From NCBI RefSeq assembly GCF_009914755.1, contig NC_060941.1: DNA of 64,000 nt; one strand, given 5' to 3'. The translations under genes and the position numbers were made by a program. Below are positions 12,906 to 36,836 of the stretch, one piece after another. Below the pieces are notes generated by a model. That model was not told the DNA's origin. It saw nothing but the letters and a program-made list of their open reading frames with translations, and did no database searches. How positions within the stretch are numbered: the first letter of the stretch is position 1; each line of letters starts with the position of its first letter. Origin of the DNA: the human T2T-CHM13v2.0 reference genome, Homo sapiens.

Positions 12906-13683
12906 GATAACTCGAGTTCGTACTTTACTATGCCCCTACTTTATAGAGCTTTGCTCCCTCTGAGGAGCAGGACTGCCCTTCTCTGCTCTTTGCTGACCAT
13001 CACTAGGAGGGTTCATGCTGGTTGGGATTGGATGGAATTCCCAGGGCTCTCTCCTCCCCAGGAACTGCTTTATCCATAGCCCTGGCCTCTGTCATGCTCA
13101 TAGGGCTGGAGTATATTTTGGGCCACAATGCTCACAGCAAGAAGTCCCTGCTGCCAAGATTTACTCCTTGAGGTCTTGTCCCCACCCTCCCCTGCCCCCA
13201 GAGAGGCCAAGAGTATAAAGGGAGAGGAGGGTCACAAGGCCTGGGGACACTTCTCTTAAGGATTCTAGAGCTGCAAGACACACTGATGGCCTCAAGGGGG
13301 AGGCCCAGACATCTCTGAAGATCTTGCCTGGGCAGCACCAATAAGTACCCCAGGTGGTAAACTTGGGGCATGAGGAGGGTTCTGAGGAACCAGAGAAACA
13401 CATGAGAAGAGCCCCCAGCCTGAATTAGCGTGAAGTCAACTCTGAGCAAGACTGTGAAGCAGGCGGTTTGCTTTGGTGTATTTTTTAAAATCATGTGATA
13501 GATGACCAACTAAGCTGAAAAGGCCATGAGGCTTAAATTATTCTCCATTCCAGAAGTAACTTCCTGTTAAAAGGAGACTCTTGAAAATGGAAAAGGTTCC
13601 AAGCCCCAAAGAAATGACTCTAATGGTGAAATTTTCAGCAAGATGAGAAGTTCCTCTGCTTCTTCAGGTCAAAATCCCAGCAT

Positions 13684-13835
13684 TTATCTCCTAAACGACC
13701 CAGCTCTGTAGATACATAGATGCCACTCCTCACCTGTCCTCCCATCCCCCAAGCTCCCACAGTGGGCCCATAGGAGGGAAAAGCACAGACCTTTTAGCCA
13801 CCAGATGACACGATTGTACATTTCCTCAGAGACAT
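13684..13835 (-). CDS. C17orf47: C17orf47 exon 2 (DVSEEMYNRVIWWLKGLCF...GSFRR*); its first 45 nt (13835-13791) also form an internal exon of long SEPTIN4
   Basis: Acceptor ctctgttactttcag|AT in phase 1, open to TAA at 13686-13684; total 1713 nt = 570 aa + stop. Internal donor AAG|gtctgt after 13791. Confidence 0.88.
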
Positions 13836-14494
13836 CTGAAAGTAACAGAGAGATGGTTGCTTTTCTTCTCTCTGTGGGATGCACATCCCACTCTCCACTA
13901 CTTGCAGCTCCCTTTCTAGCTCCACATTTCTCCACTCAAAGGTGCCCTCAGCCCTTGGTCCTCTCCAAGAAGCTCCTCCAGCCTAGGACTATATATCGTA
14001 TTCCCACTCTCCCTTTCTCTTTTTTACACCCTCTCTCTGTGCCACTGTGAATGCCTTTCCCCTCCTGGAATCCCAGCTCATCTGCATCTCACCCTCTCCA
14101 CTTTGTAGCCAGAGTATTTACCTGAGGCCCTTATTCTATTTAACAGCCCTTGCCAGCCCTCACCCCAGCTCAGTTCTTCATCCCCACTCAGGAAGCAGCT
14201 TTCAACCCTGCAAGCCCCTCTCTACTACCTTCAATTAAAAAGGTAAGCAGTGTTGCCTGGAGGAGTCAATGCCTGTCGCCCGGCCCAAGCATCCATCATC
14301 AATGTCATTAGCTTGGAGCACAGAGAAGCTGGCAGGGAAGGAATGGAGCAATAGGCTCAAGGATAGGACTAGCTTTGGCACTGGCAGGAGAGCAGCCCTT
14401 AGGCCCAGAATGAAGAGGTGGTCTTTCCTGCCCACCCCAACATCCCATCTCACTAAATTGGGGCTGCACCTGGGCAGTCTGCTTCTTCACATAC

Positions 14495-16055
14495 CCAGGA
14501 AGAAAGCAGTAAACCTTTGAATGGGTTGTTTGCAGGTGTGCTTGGGGGTCTGTGGCACTTCACTCAGTGGTGCCCAACTTGGAAACTCCTTTGGTGGTGA
14601 TGGTGGTGATAGGCTTGCCTTCTCTCTCTGGAACTTCAGATCCTCACAGAAAGGGCTAGAGTCTATTTTAAAACCGGACAATAAAAGATCTAGGGAAGGA
14701 GAGCACTTAGGCTCAAAATCCGGTGTTGTCAGCTGGCTTTGGGGTGTTTCAACTTCAGGATTCAGCAAGGGCCACCATGAGGAGTCAGGTCCGTACCTAG
14801 GTAAGGACCGAGGAGGCAAGGGCCTAGGGGTCAGTTCCAGTTCTGCATGGATGGAGGGCTTTTGCGAGAGTTCTGGATACCTGGGTGTAGGTCCTTGGGA
14901 CATGTAAGTAATTTCTGGGGGTTTTTGGGTTTGCTGTTTATAGATGGGCTCTGGAGTAACAAACATGGATGACTTGTGGGAGCCCTCAGACACTGATGGA
15001 ACTGTCACATGGTGAGTTGGCTCTACTGACTGTACCCCTGGGGAGATGGTGACCCTGCGGCCAACCTCGCTGTTTCCTCGGATTGGGGTCCTCACGTTGG
15101 ACTCCACCTGTGATGATACTAAGACCTTTGCGGAGGGCTTGGTTTCAGGATAGGCAGAATACTTATGAAGAGACTCAGGGTCTACCCGTGCAGAAACTCG
15201 GTGTACACCATCAGAATCTTTAAGGACAGAGAGTTTGAGCAATGAGTCCAAGTTCATATTCCTATACAAGGCCTTGGGTTTTGAAGGAATTGGACCGTAA
15301 GGACCTGTTTCTGATTCTTCTACAGGGACCCTTCTCTGGGCTGTCTGATAGTCTGCAGAGACACAGCTGCTTCCGTGCTCTAGGAGAGAGGGACTCCTTG
15401 GAGATCTGATCTCACTAGTAGTCGTAATTCTTTGGATGGGCTCAGTTTGTACTGCTTCATCCTTTGGGTAAGACAAAATCCTACGGGGAACTCTGACTCC
15501 TTGGGGGTTCTGGACCTTGGATGGTGGGTCATCTTCTAAGATTTGTGATTGTAAGTTATTCTTCTGGTCTTGAAAACTCAACTGATGAGTAGATTTGGCA
15601 TCTGGGATTGATGAAGCATGATGGCCGACCTCGCGCCCTGACTTGCTCTCACTGCCTCTTCGTGCTGCTTCCTCTCTGGGTGGACTAACTTTCCATTGTC
15701 TGCTTGAAGCATGGGAAGCCAGTGTCTGAGTCTTCTGGCTCTTTAGATGGGGAGAGGAATGGCGGGATGATTCTGTTCTTGGTCCAGTCTCGGTTCCCCG
15801 AGGAGTGGGTACTGCATAGTGTCCAGGTCCTGACTGGAGGGAGACAGATCGAGGGTAGTCTGATGCCGAATGGGGAGTGGTGGGATGTGCAGCTTCTGAT
15901 CTTCGGTGGGAAGGGTTCAGGGAGACTGCAGCACTTCGATGGCTTGAGGCAAGAACGTACCCATGTCCCTGCTGAGGGGATGTGTTAGTAGTAACCTCAG
16001 ACCCTCTCTGTGCTGAAACCGCTACCTTGGCCCCAGGTTTATTTGTCTTGACCAT
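14495..16055 (-). CDS. C17orf47: C17orf47 / long SEPTIN4 first coding exon; Ser/Pro-rich, probably disordered (recalled as DUF4655)
   Basis: Longest non-repeat ORF in the window (522 aa). Donor CTGG|gtatgt after 520 codons + 1 nt. Sequence recognised as C17orf47. Confidence 0.93.
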
Positions 16056-16698
16056 CTGATAGATTGTGCCCTTCTGAGTAGATCCCGTATTTTACTGGCT
16101 GGCTTGTATTCAGGATCCTAATGATGCCTGAATATTTACCCTGTTTTAAAGCTGCTGTTTCTTGGGCTCCCACAAAAGTGGCTGTTGTTCTAAGAGTGTC
16201 TCAAATAATCCCCTTAGCTACCTCTCTGTCTGGTGATGTCATAAAGGAAGGAGCTTCCTTCCTATTAAACATCCTAGTGTACAGCCACAATTCTTCACAG
16301 AATCCCAAAGAAGTACCTGAAAGGAATCTGTGGATTTGTCTTTGGAGTTATATCACCAAGCCTTTGGCAAGTTTTTAACAAAACTGGGATTTCCTTGTAC
16401 ATAGAGAAGGCTCCAGACCCTCCTTTACTCTCCCGAGATTCTAGAAATTCTCAGGACTCATCCAGAGAAGGAATCAGCCAGAAGATCCTATGAAGACAAG
16501 ATCAAACCAAACACGCTGTGTTCGCCCCAGTTTTAATAAGGTACGAAGTACAAAGTTGCCCCAATTTTGTTTGAAACTGTACTGTATACAAGTTTAAAAA
16601 AAAAAAAAAAAAGAGAGCTTCAGCTTTTTCCAGGTCTCATGGATTGTTTCATTGCTCCTGGGGTAAAAATCCAGGTTGCTCAAATAATAAAATTCTCA

Positions 16699-17417
<719 letters not shown>

Positions 17418-17754
17418 TCATAAATGACTACAGGTGTACCTAGGAGAAATTACCTGCCTTCCCTGGGACTTGGTTTCTTCACCTGGAAACCACTGCCTGG
17501 TACATGGGTGTCACACAACAAATGTTAATGTCCTTTCTCATGATCCTGTCAGCTATCCAATCAGCCGGACTCCGGTTCTCTCTTGAAAAGTGACTTTCCA
17601 ATTTGGATGACCATTTTGGAGGAGACTCTGTCACCTTTCTCTCCCTTTCACATGCTCTTTCTCTCATTCTCTCTTTTAGACATAGACTCTACCATATCCA
17701 AAATTCTATTATGAACTCTGAAGGGTCATTGAGATTATAGGATGGTCAGCTTCA

Positions 17755-18260
<506 letters not shown>

Positions 18261-18809
18261 TATTTTAAAAAATTAGAAAACAGTTTTACAAATAATTATA
18301 AAAAGTTGAAATCACCTAAGAGGACCCCGTTACTATTTTAATAAGCATCTTTCCACATTTCTTTCTATGCATTTACTATGTAGACATTTAATTATAAATT
18401 TACATAGTCTTATTATAAACTTCCCAGCATCCTAGTACTAGCATTATTCCATAACATGTTATGAATACCTTTCTGTCAATAAATCTGTATCTATGATGTA
18501 ATTTCTAATTAATCCACTTATGGTTGTTCCAGAATGTTTCAAATGAGTCCTTTACTGCTGGACATTAAGTTGTTTCTTTTTTTTCTTGCTATGGTGCCCA
18601 GGCTGGAGTGCAGTGTCTGTTCATAGGCCTGAGCACAGCACACTAAAGCCTCAAAGCTTCTGGGCTCAAGTGATTCTCCTGTCTCAGCCTACTGAGTAGC
18701 CCACCTCATTTGGGTTGTTTCTAATTTTTCAATATTATAAACAATGTTGCAATAAACATACATTACTATAAATATATATTTGTGTATATTCCAATTTTCT
18801 CTTTAGGAC

Positions 18810-19125
18810 AATAGTTCTAAATCCTGGCTGCACATTAGAATCACCTGGAGATCTTTCAAAGCCCATGCTCCACCTCAGACAAAATGAATCAGATAATTTG
18901 GGGGTAAGGCTTGAGCACCAGTATTTTTTTAAATGCCTCAGATGGTTCTAATGTGCAACCAGGGTATAAAGTTCTCTAAATCCTCTCTATTCAAAGTGTA
19001 GTCCGTGGACCAGCATCATCAGCACCACCTGGGAGCTTGTTAGAAATTCAGGAGCTTGGGGCCCACCTTGGACCTACTTAGTCAGAATCAGTATTTTAAC
19101 AAGACCCTCAGGTGATACATATGTA
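18810..19125. mobile_element. Two MER5-family (hAT-Charlie) fragments
   Basis: ttagaatcacctgg and cacctgggagcttgttagaaa motifs. Confidence 0.7.
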
Positions 19126-19149
19126 CAATAGAATCTGTGTCATACTGGT

Positions 19150-19600
19150 CTAAATGGAGTTTCTGGGTCAAAAAGTAGTCACATTTAAAATACATACTGA
19201 CAAATATCCTCCAGAGAGGTAGTACCAATTTATACCCCCAACACAGTGAATGAAGATGTCTGTTTCCCCATACTCTCAGCAACCTTAGATGTTATCAATA
19301 CTTGTCCTCCGCAATCAGTGAGGTAAAAAACAACCGTGTTTTAATTTGCATTTCTTTGATTACAAGTTAAACTGAACATCTTTTAATATGCTAATTGGCT
19401 GTCTGTACAGCTTCTTTTGTGAATTGTTCTTTGTCTATTTTTCTATTAAGGTGTTTGTCTTTTTCTTACAGGTTATTAGAACTCTTTGTATATTAGGGAT
19501 ATAAACTTTTTGTTTATCCAATATATTGCAATTATTTCCACCCAGTTTGTTGACTTTATCCTTGTCCAGACATTATTTGCAGTAAAGAAGTTTTACATTC
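19150..19600 (-). mobile_element. Old L1 fragment
   Basis: ttttaatttgcatttctttgatt and related L1 ORF2/3' motifs in antisense. Confidence 0.7.
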
Positions 19601-19655
19601 TTAATTCCCAAACTTTATACTTTGGTATGTTTTTTGGACTATTTGGGTTTTTTGA

Positions 19656-19940
<285 letters not shown>

Positions 19941-20203
19941 TAATATACGGTAGGACAAGTCCCTCCTCCTTACTCTTCTTTTGCAGCATTGTTTTCAACC
20001 ATGCATTTATTAAAAGTCCTTTAATTTTACTCTACTATACAATTAGTAGTATCCAGTAGGAGAGTGGATTTTACTTATTTAACTCCCACAGGACCAACTT
20101 ATTTCTGAGCTCTTGGGGGGCACCTCACTATAACCCACTTCCAATACCAACATATATGAGTACATAACATTACCATTAGCATTCAGAAAGAAGCCAAAAG
20201 TAA

Positions 20204-20555
<352 letters not shown>

Positions 20556-20759
20556 TAATAATCCAAACTTTCCAAGGGTACTCTAGTAATTTCATTCAAC
20601 AGTGAACCAATGTTTATAAATCATCTATGGGTCTAGAACTTGCTACGTATTCTCTCTGCTTTCTCATCTTGAAGGACTTAGTACATTCTAAAAACTTGGC
20701 ACAAAACCCATAGAATAGATGTGGAGATTGGGATGAGGTTCATAAAGGACGTGTCACCA

Positions 20760-21575
<816 letters not shown>

Positions 21576-22048
21576 TGAGTTTTAACTTGAAGTTGGCCCT
21601 TGGTTCATTCACAATCCTGAAACTTTGCTTAGGGCACTCTTAAACTATCGTCTCAGGGTAAGCTGTTGGTGGAAGGGCTGAGGCTGGGCTTGCTTGTCTG
21701 ACACTCCAACATAAGCTACTGTGTTTTACTGTAAGTACGCAAATTAATGTTTAGTATGATCTTGGGAAGGTCATGGAACCCTCTTTGGGTAGTCTCTTCT
21801 TTTGTAAGTAGTAATAATATCCAACTTTTAGGATTATTCTGAGGATTAAAAATACTCAGTTACCAAATATTTGTTGAGCACCTAATATGTGCAGATTCTG
21901 TGCCAGGAGCTGGGGATACCTCAATGAACCACCCAGACATGATCCCTGGCCTTGTGGAACTTAACAGTTGTATGTACCACAGGTGGTGGTAGAACATTCT
22001 ATTAGCTTTTAAGTGTGCTACATGCTATGAAATAAAAATGTGGTTACG

Positions 22049-28315
<6,267 letters not shown>

Positions 28316-28568
28316 ACTACCTGTACTTTGATTGTGTGAGCCAATTCTAGCTGGAATGGGAATATGGCACTCTCAGCCAAGTGGATGGGCTGTAGTTCTG
28401 TTATGAGACACAGATGACTGGTACCAGTATATATAATGGGTGGTAGCGGTAGCTGCATATTTGTCAGAAATTGAAGCCTCTTTGGGTGGCAGTTCTCCCC
28501 CCAACTCCCAATAACTCAAATTCAGAAATATATCTTACACAGCAAAATCTGTTATTAAAATTAAACAT

Positions 28569-28574
28569 TTTATT
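28569..28574 (-). terminator. TEX14: TEX14 polyadenylation signal AATAAA
   Basis: tttatt on the plus strand, about 310 nt downstream of the stop codon. Confidence 0.75.
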
Positions 28575-28880
28575 ATATAACAAGAGTTAAAGTTTTTGAA
28601 AATTAACATCAACAAAACCAAAGCCATTCTAGGCACAACCAAAAATTTTTACTATCAAAACTACCTCTCACTTTTCAGAAATCTGACTGAAAACAAATGG
28701 TTGAATGTGCTGCTAACAGAGAGGGCCAAACGATGATGTCTATTGTGGCAGCTGAACAAAGTGAGACTTACAGAACTGGAACTGCTGCCCTGACAGCAAC
28801 TGAAGCAGAAAGAGAAGAAAGGAGCTTACAACCAGGACACTCAAACTCAGGCCAGGAGTCCGTCTATGATCCAATTCCAA

Positions 28881-28917
28881 TCAGTCTGACAAGTCACTCT
28901 GATCCAGCACGATTATC
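28881..28917 (-). CDS. TEX14: TEX14 last coding exon (IIVLDQSDLSD*)
   Basis: catag|G acceptor, phase 2, TGA at 28883-28881; matches the recalled TEX14 C-terminus. Confidence 0.9.
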
Positions 28918-29105
28918 CTATGCACATGTTTTTTAAAGAACAAAAAAGGAAGTTTCGAGTTGGTATGTGTGTTTTTTAAAGACACAAACCACATCCTCTT
29001 TCTATTCAATTAAATTCAAGGGAAAGGAATTTTGGTCTTTATAATCAAGGGCGATTATAACCAACAGTGTGTCATGGAAATGCAAAATGACTACAGAGCA
29101 ATTGA

Positions 29106-29525
<420 letters not shown>

Positions 29526-29667
29526 TAACATTTTAAAAATTAAGCAACTTTGTCTAAATTGGAGTCTTTGTCATTAATGTGTATTTAGACACTGGTAAAT
29601 GTTTTTAAGTCTGCTTCTGTTGTCTATAAACATGACTTTTGATCTACAAACATCTGATATTTCATTA

Positions 29668-29757
<90 letters not shown>

Positions 29758-30019
29758 TTAATTTCTAGGTCAAAGGGTGCCAGTATTCATATTAGTGCTC
29801 CCTCTAATTTAGAGTAGACTGTTTTACCTACAATGGTTGTTATATTCTGCCAGATAGACTCTTTCTAAAAACACAATTAATGGGCTTCCCCTCCTAACAT
29901 TCTATAGTTTTCTGCCACAGCAATGGGCGCTAATGACACTAATTCACAAAGTCCCTGTATTATCTTCTCAGTGAAATCAATACTATTAATAGCTAAATGC
30001 CTACACGTTCTGGGCCCTG

Positions 30020-30460
30020 TGCAGTCAGGGTTCTGGAGGAAACAGAATGTACCCACGGCTGGTTCAAATAAAGATCCTTAGTGAAGTGACTACATACAGA
30101 GGTTTATTTAGAGTTAAGGGAACAAACAAGGAATGTCAAGGCATCCAGTGATTAGCAGCAGTGGGAAGCCTAAGTCTGAAGGAACTGAGTGTTGGAGATG
30201 AGAGGTCAGTTACTAGACCTTAATGAGAGCTGGAATTGGGAAGAATGGACTGCCTACAGAAGCCGCACTTGTGGAGAGACACCACTTCTACCAGGCACAA
30301 GGTGCTGAAGTAAGCAGTGAGGCAAAGTAATACCCCAAATTCTCTCTAGCCCCACTAATCTTCTGCTGGGGCCTGTCATTGGCAAACAGGAAGCCCAGGA
30401 GATGCAGTCCACTAGGGTCAGCATTCTGGGGCACAAAGCAGGGCAGAGATGGGGAGAATG
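30020..30460. mobile_element. Old MLT1-type LTR
   Basis: tgtgcagtcagggttct... terminus resembling MLT1; degenerate. A second MLT1-like copy lies near 47355-47730. Confidence 0.55.
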
Positions 30461-30757
30461 AGAAGGAAATCAGGAAGAGGTGAAAGGAATACCAGATGAT
30501 CTGAAAGAGTTAAAGTCTCTTACTTTCCTGAGTAGGAAGAACTTAAATATGGGAGAGCGTCATTGTAAAGGGCATATCAGAAGCCTTCAAAATCTATCAA
30601 AATAGTTTTAAAATTAAGGTTAATTTATAATTTTCACATTACTTGTAGACTCCACTTAAATTCCATAAAATATGATTTATTACTGGATTTTGAAGCATCT
30701 ATGTGAGCTAAATTTAAAACTCTTTGGAAGACGTTGGACAATTAGAAGCAAAACATC

Positions 30758-31048
<291 letters not shown>

Positions 31049-31314
31049 AAGCAGCAAAACGTCTCCCCAGACAACGTGCAAGATAATGATGATGAGACTG
31101 GGCAAAAGCTTGCTTTGGAAATAGAATTGGATGTTATTACTGTTTTTGTGATAAAGCTATGATTGGCAATTAACAGAAAACCTGAGCTGAACTGCAGAGA
31201 AAAATAAATTATCAAAGGTAGGAGGATTATGTATAGCATCTGGGAAACATTTCTAAATAACTTTGAAGCACATCAAAGCCCAAGGACTACAGACTACATT
31301 ATAAACATACATTA

Positions 31315-31569
<255 letters not shown>

Positions 31570-32209
31570 CTATGCACCAGGCATTGGTTTAAGTGCTATA
31601 ATTTAACTCATTTAATTCCCATAACTATATAAGGTAGTTACCACTGCCATCCCCATTAAGCAATGAGGAAACCGAGGCACAGAGAAGTTAAATTACACAC
31701 CTAATAATTCCTAGAGCTAGACTCTGACCTTAGACTCAGTCTGCCTTAGACTCTGCTTTCAACCACTATGCTATACTGCTCCAAAGGAAAAAAAAGGCAT
31801 TTTACTTAAGTTTTGATTGGTGTCCCTTTCAAAACCATCATTTATTTTATCATCTTATCTTCATTTCCCGAAACTCTCTCCTAAGTGAAATATGTAAATA
31901 ATTTAAGTACCTCAAAATTTAAGACCATGTTTGTCAATCTATTAAGCAGAAACCATCCCCCCGACCCAACTGGAAACTCCTTATAGGCGGCAGAGCCATC
32001 TTATCCCTCTTTGTGGTACCTCTAGCCCCTAGCACAGTGCTTTGGACATTGTCAGTGCTCGGTGGATGCTGGTTGAACCAAAATAACATTGTTTAGGGAT
32101 TCTTCTGTTTTCATTTGGTGGATAGTCAAAACAAAATACGTAAAATGAGAGAGAAAATAAAGCCAGCTAGAGTGAAGAGAGATTTTTTCCCCTCTTAATA
32201 TTTTCCCAC

Positions 32210-33200
32210 TAATAGAATCACAGGTTCAAGAGTTGGAGGAGGCCTTTGGGTTATATTCCGCCCCCGTTCAAATGCCCAAGACAGGGAATCATCCAGCCAC
32301 TGCCTGAGCAGCAGTAACCATTACTAAAATAAGTGTAAAGGCAGGCAGCTATTTCCCTTTATCAGATAGCTGTGGCTATTAGGTTTGTGCTTTATTGAAT
32401 AAAAATCTGTTACTCTGCAATTTCTAGTCACTAATTAGTCTTCTAGGGCAGACAAGTAAGCTGACTCTCTTCACTTTGCAATATTTCAGGTATTTGAGGG
32501 CAGCTATCAAATTCTCCATTCCATCTGCCTTTCTCAGGCTGAGCCTCTCAGCTCCTTCAGCTGTTCTCATATGACATGGTTTCCAGACCTCTGACTGTTC
32601 TGTAGCCACACTCTTGTGTTTGTTAATATCCCTTTTAAAATGTGATACCCAGAATGGAGCCCCACATGTGTCCTAGGACTCCTCTGAACAGCACATTACC
32701 GTCATCTGGACAGTACATTTTTATATATCCAGCATCAATGCTGCATTGACCTTTTCAGCACTTCATCAAACAGGCCTCACAGAGTCATTGCCCATGCCTT
32801 CCTCAGGAAGAATTTCTTGACTTCTCATCATGTCTCAAGATGCATGGCTCATTACTGGGCATACAAAAATAAGACATACTTCTTGCCCTCAGTAAAATTA
32901 TAGTGAGCAGAAGCTTCTGATGAAAACTTCTCCAGTTAGACCAGGTCTCACACATTCTGTAATTTTGGATCTTTGACCTTTATCTTTTACAGAATCTAAC
33001 ATTTCCACCTGTCAAGATGATTTTGAATCCTCAGTCTATCACTCATCACATCAGCATTCATTCCTAGATTTGTGTTATCTAAAAATTTGATAAGCATACC
33101 TTTTCTGATTTAATTCACATGACTGATGAAAATGTCAAAGGTAGCAGGGCCAAGATACAGCAAACTTAGAAGCCTCTGTCTATAATGATATGAATCTGCT
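32210..33200. mobile_element. L3/CR1-like ancient LINE fragment
   Basis: agaatcacagg...gagttggagg and gtatttgagggcagctatca motifs typical of CR1 3' ends. Confidence 0.55.
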
Positions 33201-33331
33201 AATCAATATCTTGAGTACTGTGGGTGGTCAGAGGAAGAGGGGCAAATATGAGTGCAGACAGGTGGAGTCAGGGCTGGCTTATCTAAATCAATGTAATGCC
33301 ATCATCAGGCATTCATTCTCCAAGAAGTCTA

Positions 33332-34955
<1,624 letters not shown>

Positions 34956-35299
34956 TTGCACTAAAATATTACTTATTTTGACTACTGAGTTTTTTTGGTG
35001 CTCCCTTCAATTTTGTATCCAAGGAGTCTATCTCCTGAGCTCACCTTAACCTAGTCCTGGCCCCGAATAATGATAGTTCAAGAGAAGTCAAGAGGCAGAG
35101 GAGGTGAGCTGAAGTAGTTTACCCTACAACACAGGCAAAAAGAGCTCCAAATCAGGAACAGAGTCAGGTTTCTTGAGGCAACCTTGTACTTTTAGACTGA
35201 ATTGTCTGGAAGACTGCCCCCATTTTCTCTTCTAAGGCCTTTAACTAAAATGTTTTGAAAGAGACTGAAACTTGTGTTTGCCTAACAAAATGAAGTAAA

Positions 35300-35487
35300 A
35301 ATAAACAAACAAAACCCTAAAAACAACTCAAGAGAAAATAACAACAAATAACCCTATCAAAAAATAGGCAAAGAGCCAGGCATGGTGGCTTGCACCTGTA
35401 GTCCCAGCTACTTGGGAGGATGGGGCAGGAAGATCACTTGAGCCTAGGACTTCAAGTTCAGCCTGGGCAACATAAAGCCCATCTCTA

Positions 35488-35554
<67 letters not shown>

Positions 35555-36550
35555 AAGATCATACATATGTATGTATATAGAGAGAGATCATACATATATA
35601 TGTATACATATATATAGATCATACATATATGTATACATATATATGTATACACACACACAGACACACACACACACACACACACACAGACGGCAAAGAACTC
35701 AGACATTTCTCCAAAGAAGATATACAAATGGCCAACAAGCACATGAAAAGATGTTCAACATCATTAATCATTAGGGAAGGGAAAACTAAAACTACAGTGA
35801 GGCACCACCTCACACCCATTAGGATGGCTACTATATTTAAGAAAAAAAAAGCCTCCACCCCCACAAAAAGAGAGAGAAAATAACAAGTGTTGGCAAGGAT
35901 GTGGAGAAACTGAAACCCTTGTGCACTGTTGGTGGGACTGTAAAATGAGGCAGCTGCTATGGAAAATAGTGTGGCAGTTCCTCAAAAAATTAAAAATAGA
36001 ATTACCATATGATCCAGTAATACCATTTCTGGGTATATATCCAAAAGAATTGAAAGCAGGATCTCAAAGAGATATCCGTACACTCATGTTCACAGCAGAA
36101 TTCTTCACCATAACAAAAGGTGGAAGCAACCTAAATGTCCATCAACAGATGACTGGATAAATGAAACATATTATTCAGCCTTAAAAAAGAAGGAAATGCT
36201 GACACGTGCTACAACACAGATGAACTTTGAGGACATTACGCTAAGTTAAAATAAGCCAGTCACAAAAAGACAAATACTGTATGATTTCACTTATGTAAAG
36301 TATCAACAGTAGTCAAACTCATAGAAACAAAAAGCAAAATGGTGGTGGCCAGGGTGTGGGAAGAAGAGAAAATGGGGAGTTTTAAAATGGGTATAGAGTT
36401 TCAGTTTTGCAAGATGAAAAGGTTTGGGACATTAGTTGCACAACAATGTGAATATACTTATTAAGGTTATTGGACTGTGCACTTAAAAATGGTTAAGATG
36501 GTAAATTTTGTTATATACATTGTATCACAATTAAACATTTTTAAAGCAAA
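35300..36550 (+). mobile_element. L1 3' portion (ORF2 C-terminus + 3'UTR), interrupted by an Alu monomer and microsatellite
   Basis: ORFs read [26 protein letters not shown] and HCWWDCK...[20 protein letters not shown], characteristic L1 ORF2p C-terminal motifs; frameshifted. Confidence 0.92.
35490..35685 (+). repeat. Compound microsatellite (TA)n(GA)n, degenerate TA-rich units, (CA)n
   Basis: Read directly. Confidence 0.95.
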
Positions 36551-36716
36551 AAAAGCAACGCTTTTTAAAAAAGTAACCCTTTAGGAATAGGGGCTATTAG
36601 GATAGTATGAAAAAAGACCCCACTTTTTTTCTTTCTTATTTGTCAATATTAGAAAAAAACCTAACATAAACTATACAATTTTTTAAATCCTTTCAACAGT
36701 CCAGCTTTTCCTGTTA

Positions 36717-36836
<120 letters not shown>

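Noticed and set aside
14487-14494. C17orf47 ending ...FFLGM* as a single-exon gene
   Set aside because: These bases are the consensus donor gtatgt; a phase-matched exon follows at 13835.
14495-16055. TEX14-like GPPX3Y (CEP55-binding) motif in C17orf47
   Set aside because: Only GPGHY, GPYGP and GPTPRY are present; none fits the consensus.
16560-16612. Poly(A) run suggesting a processed pseudogene end
   Set aside because: No canonical signal, TSD or recognisable parent sequence.
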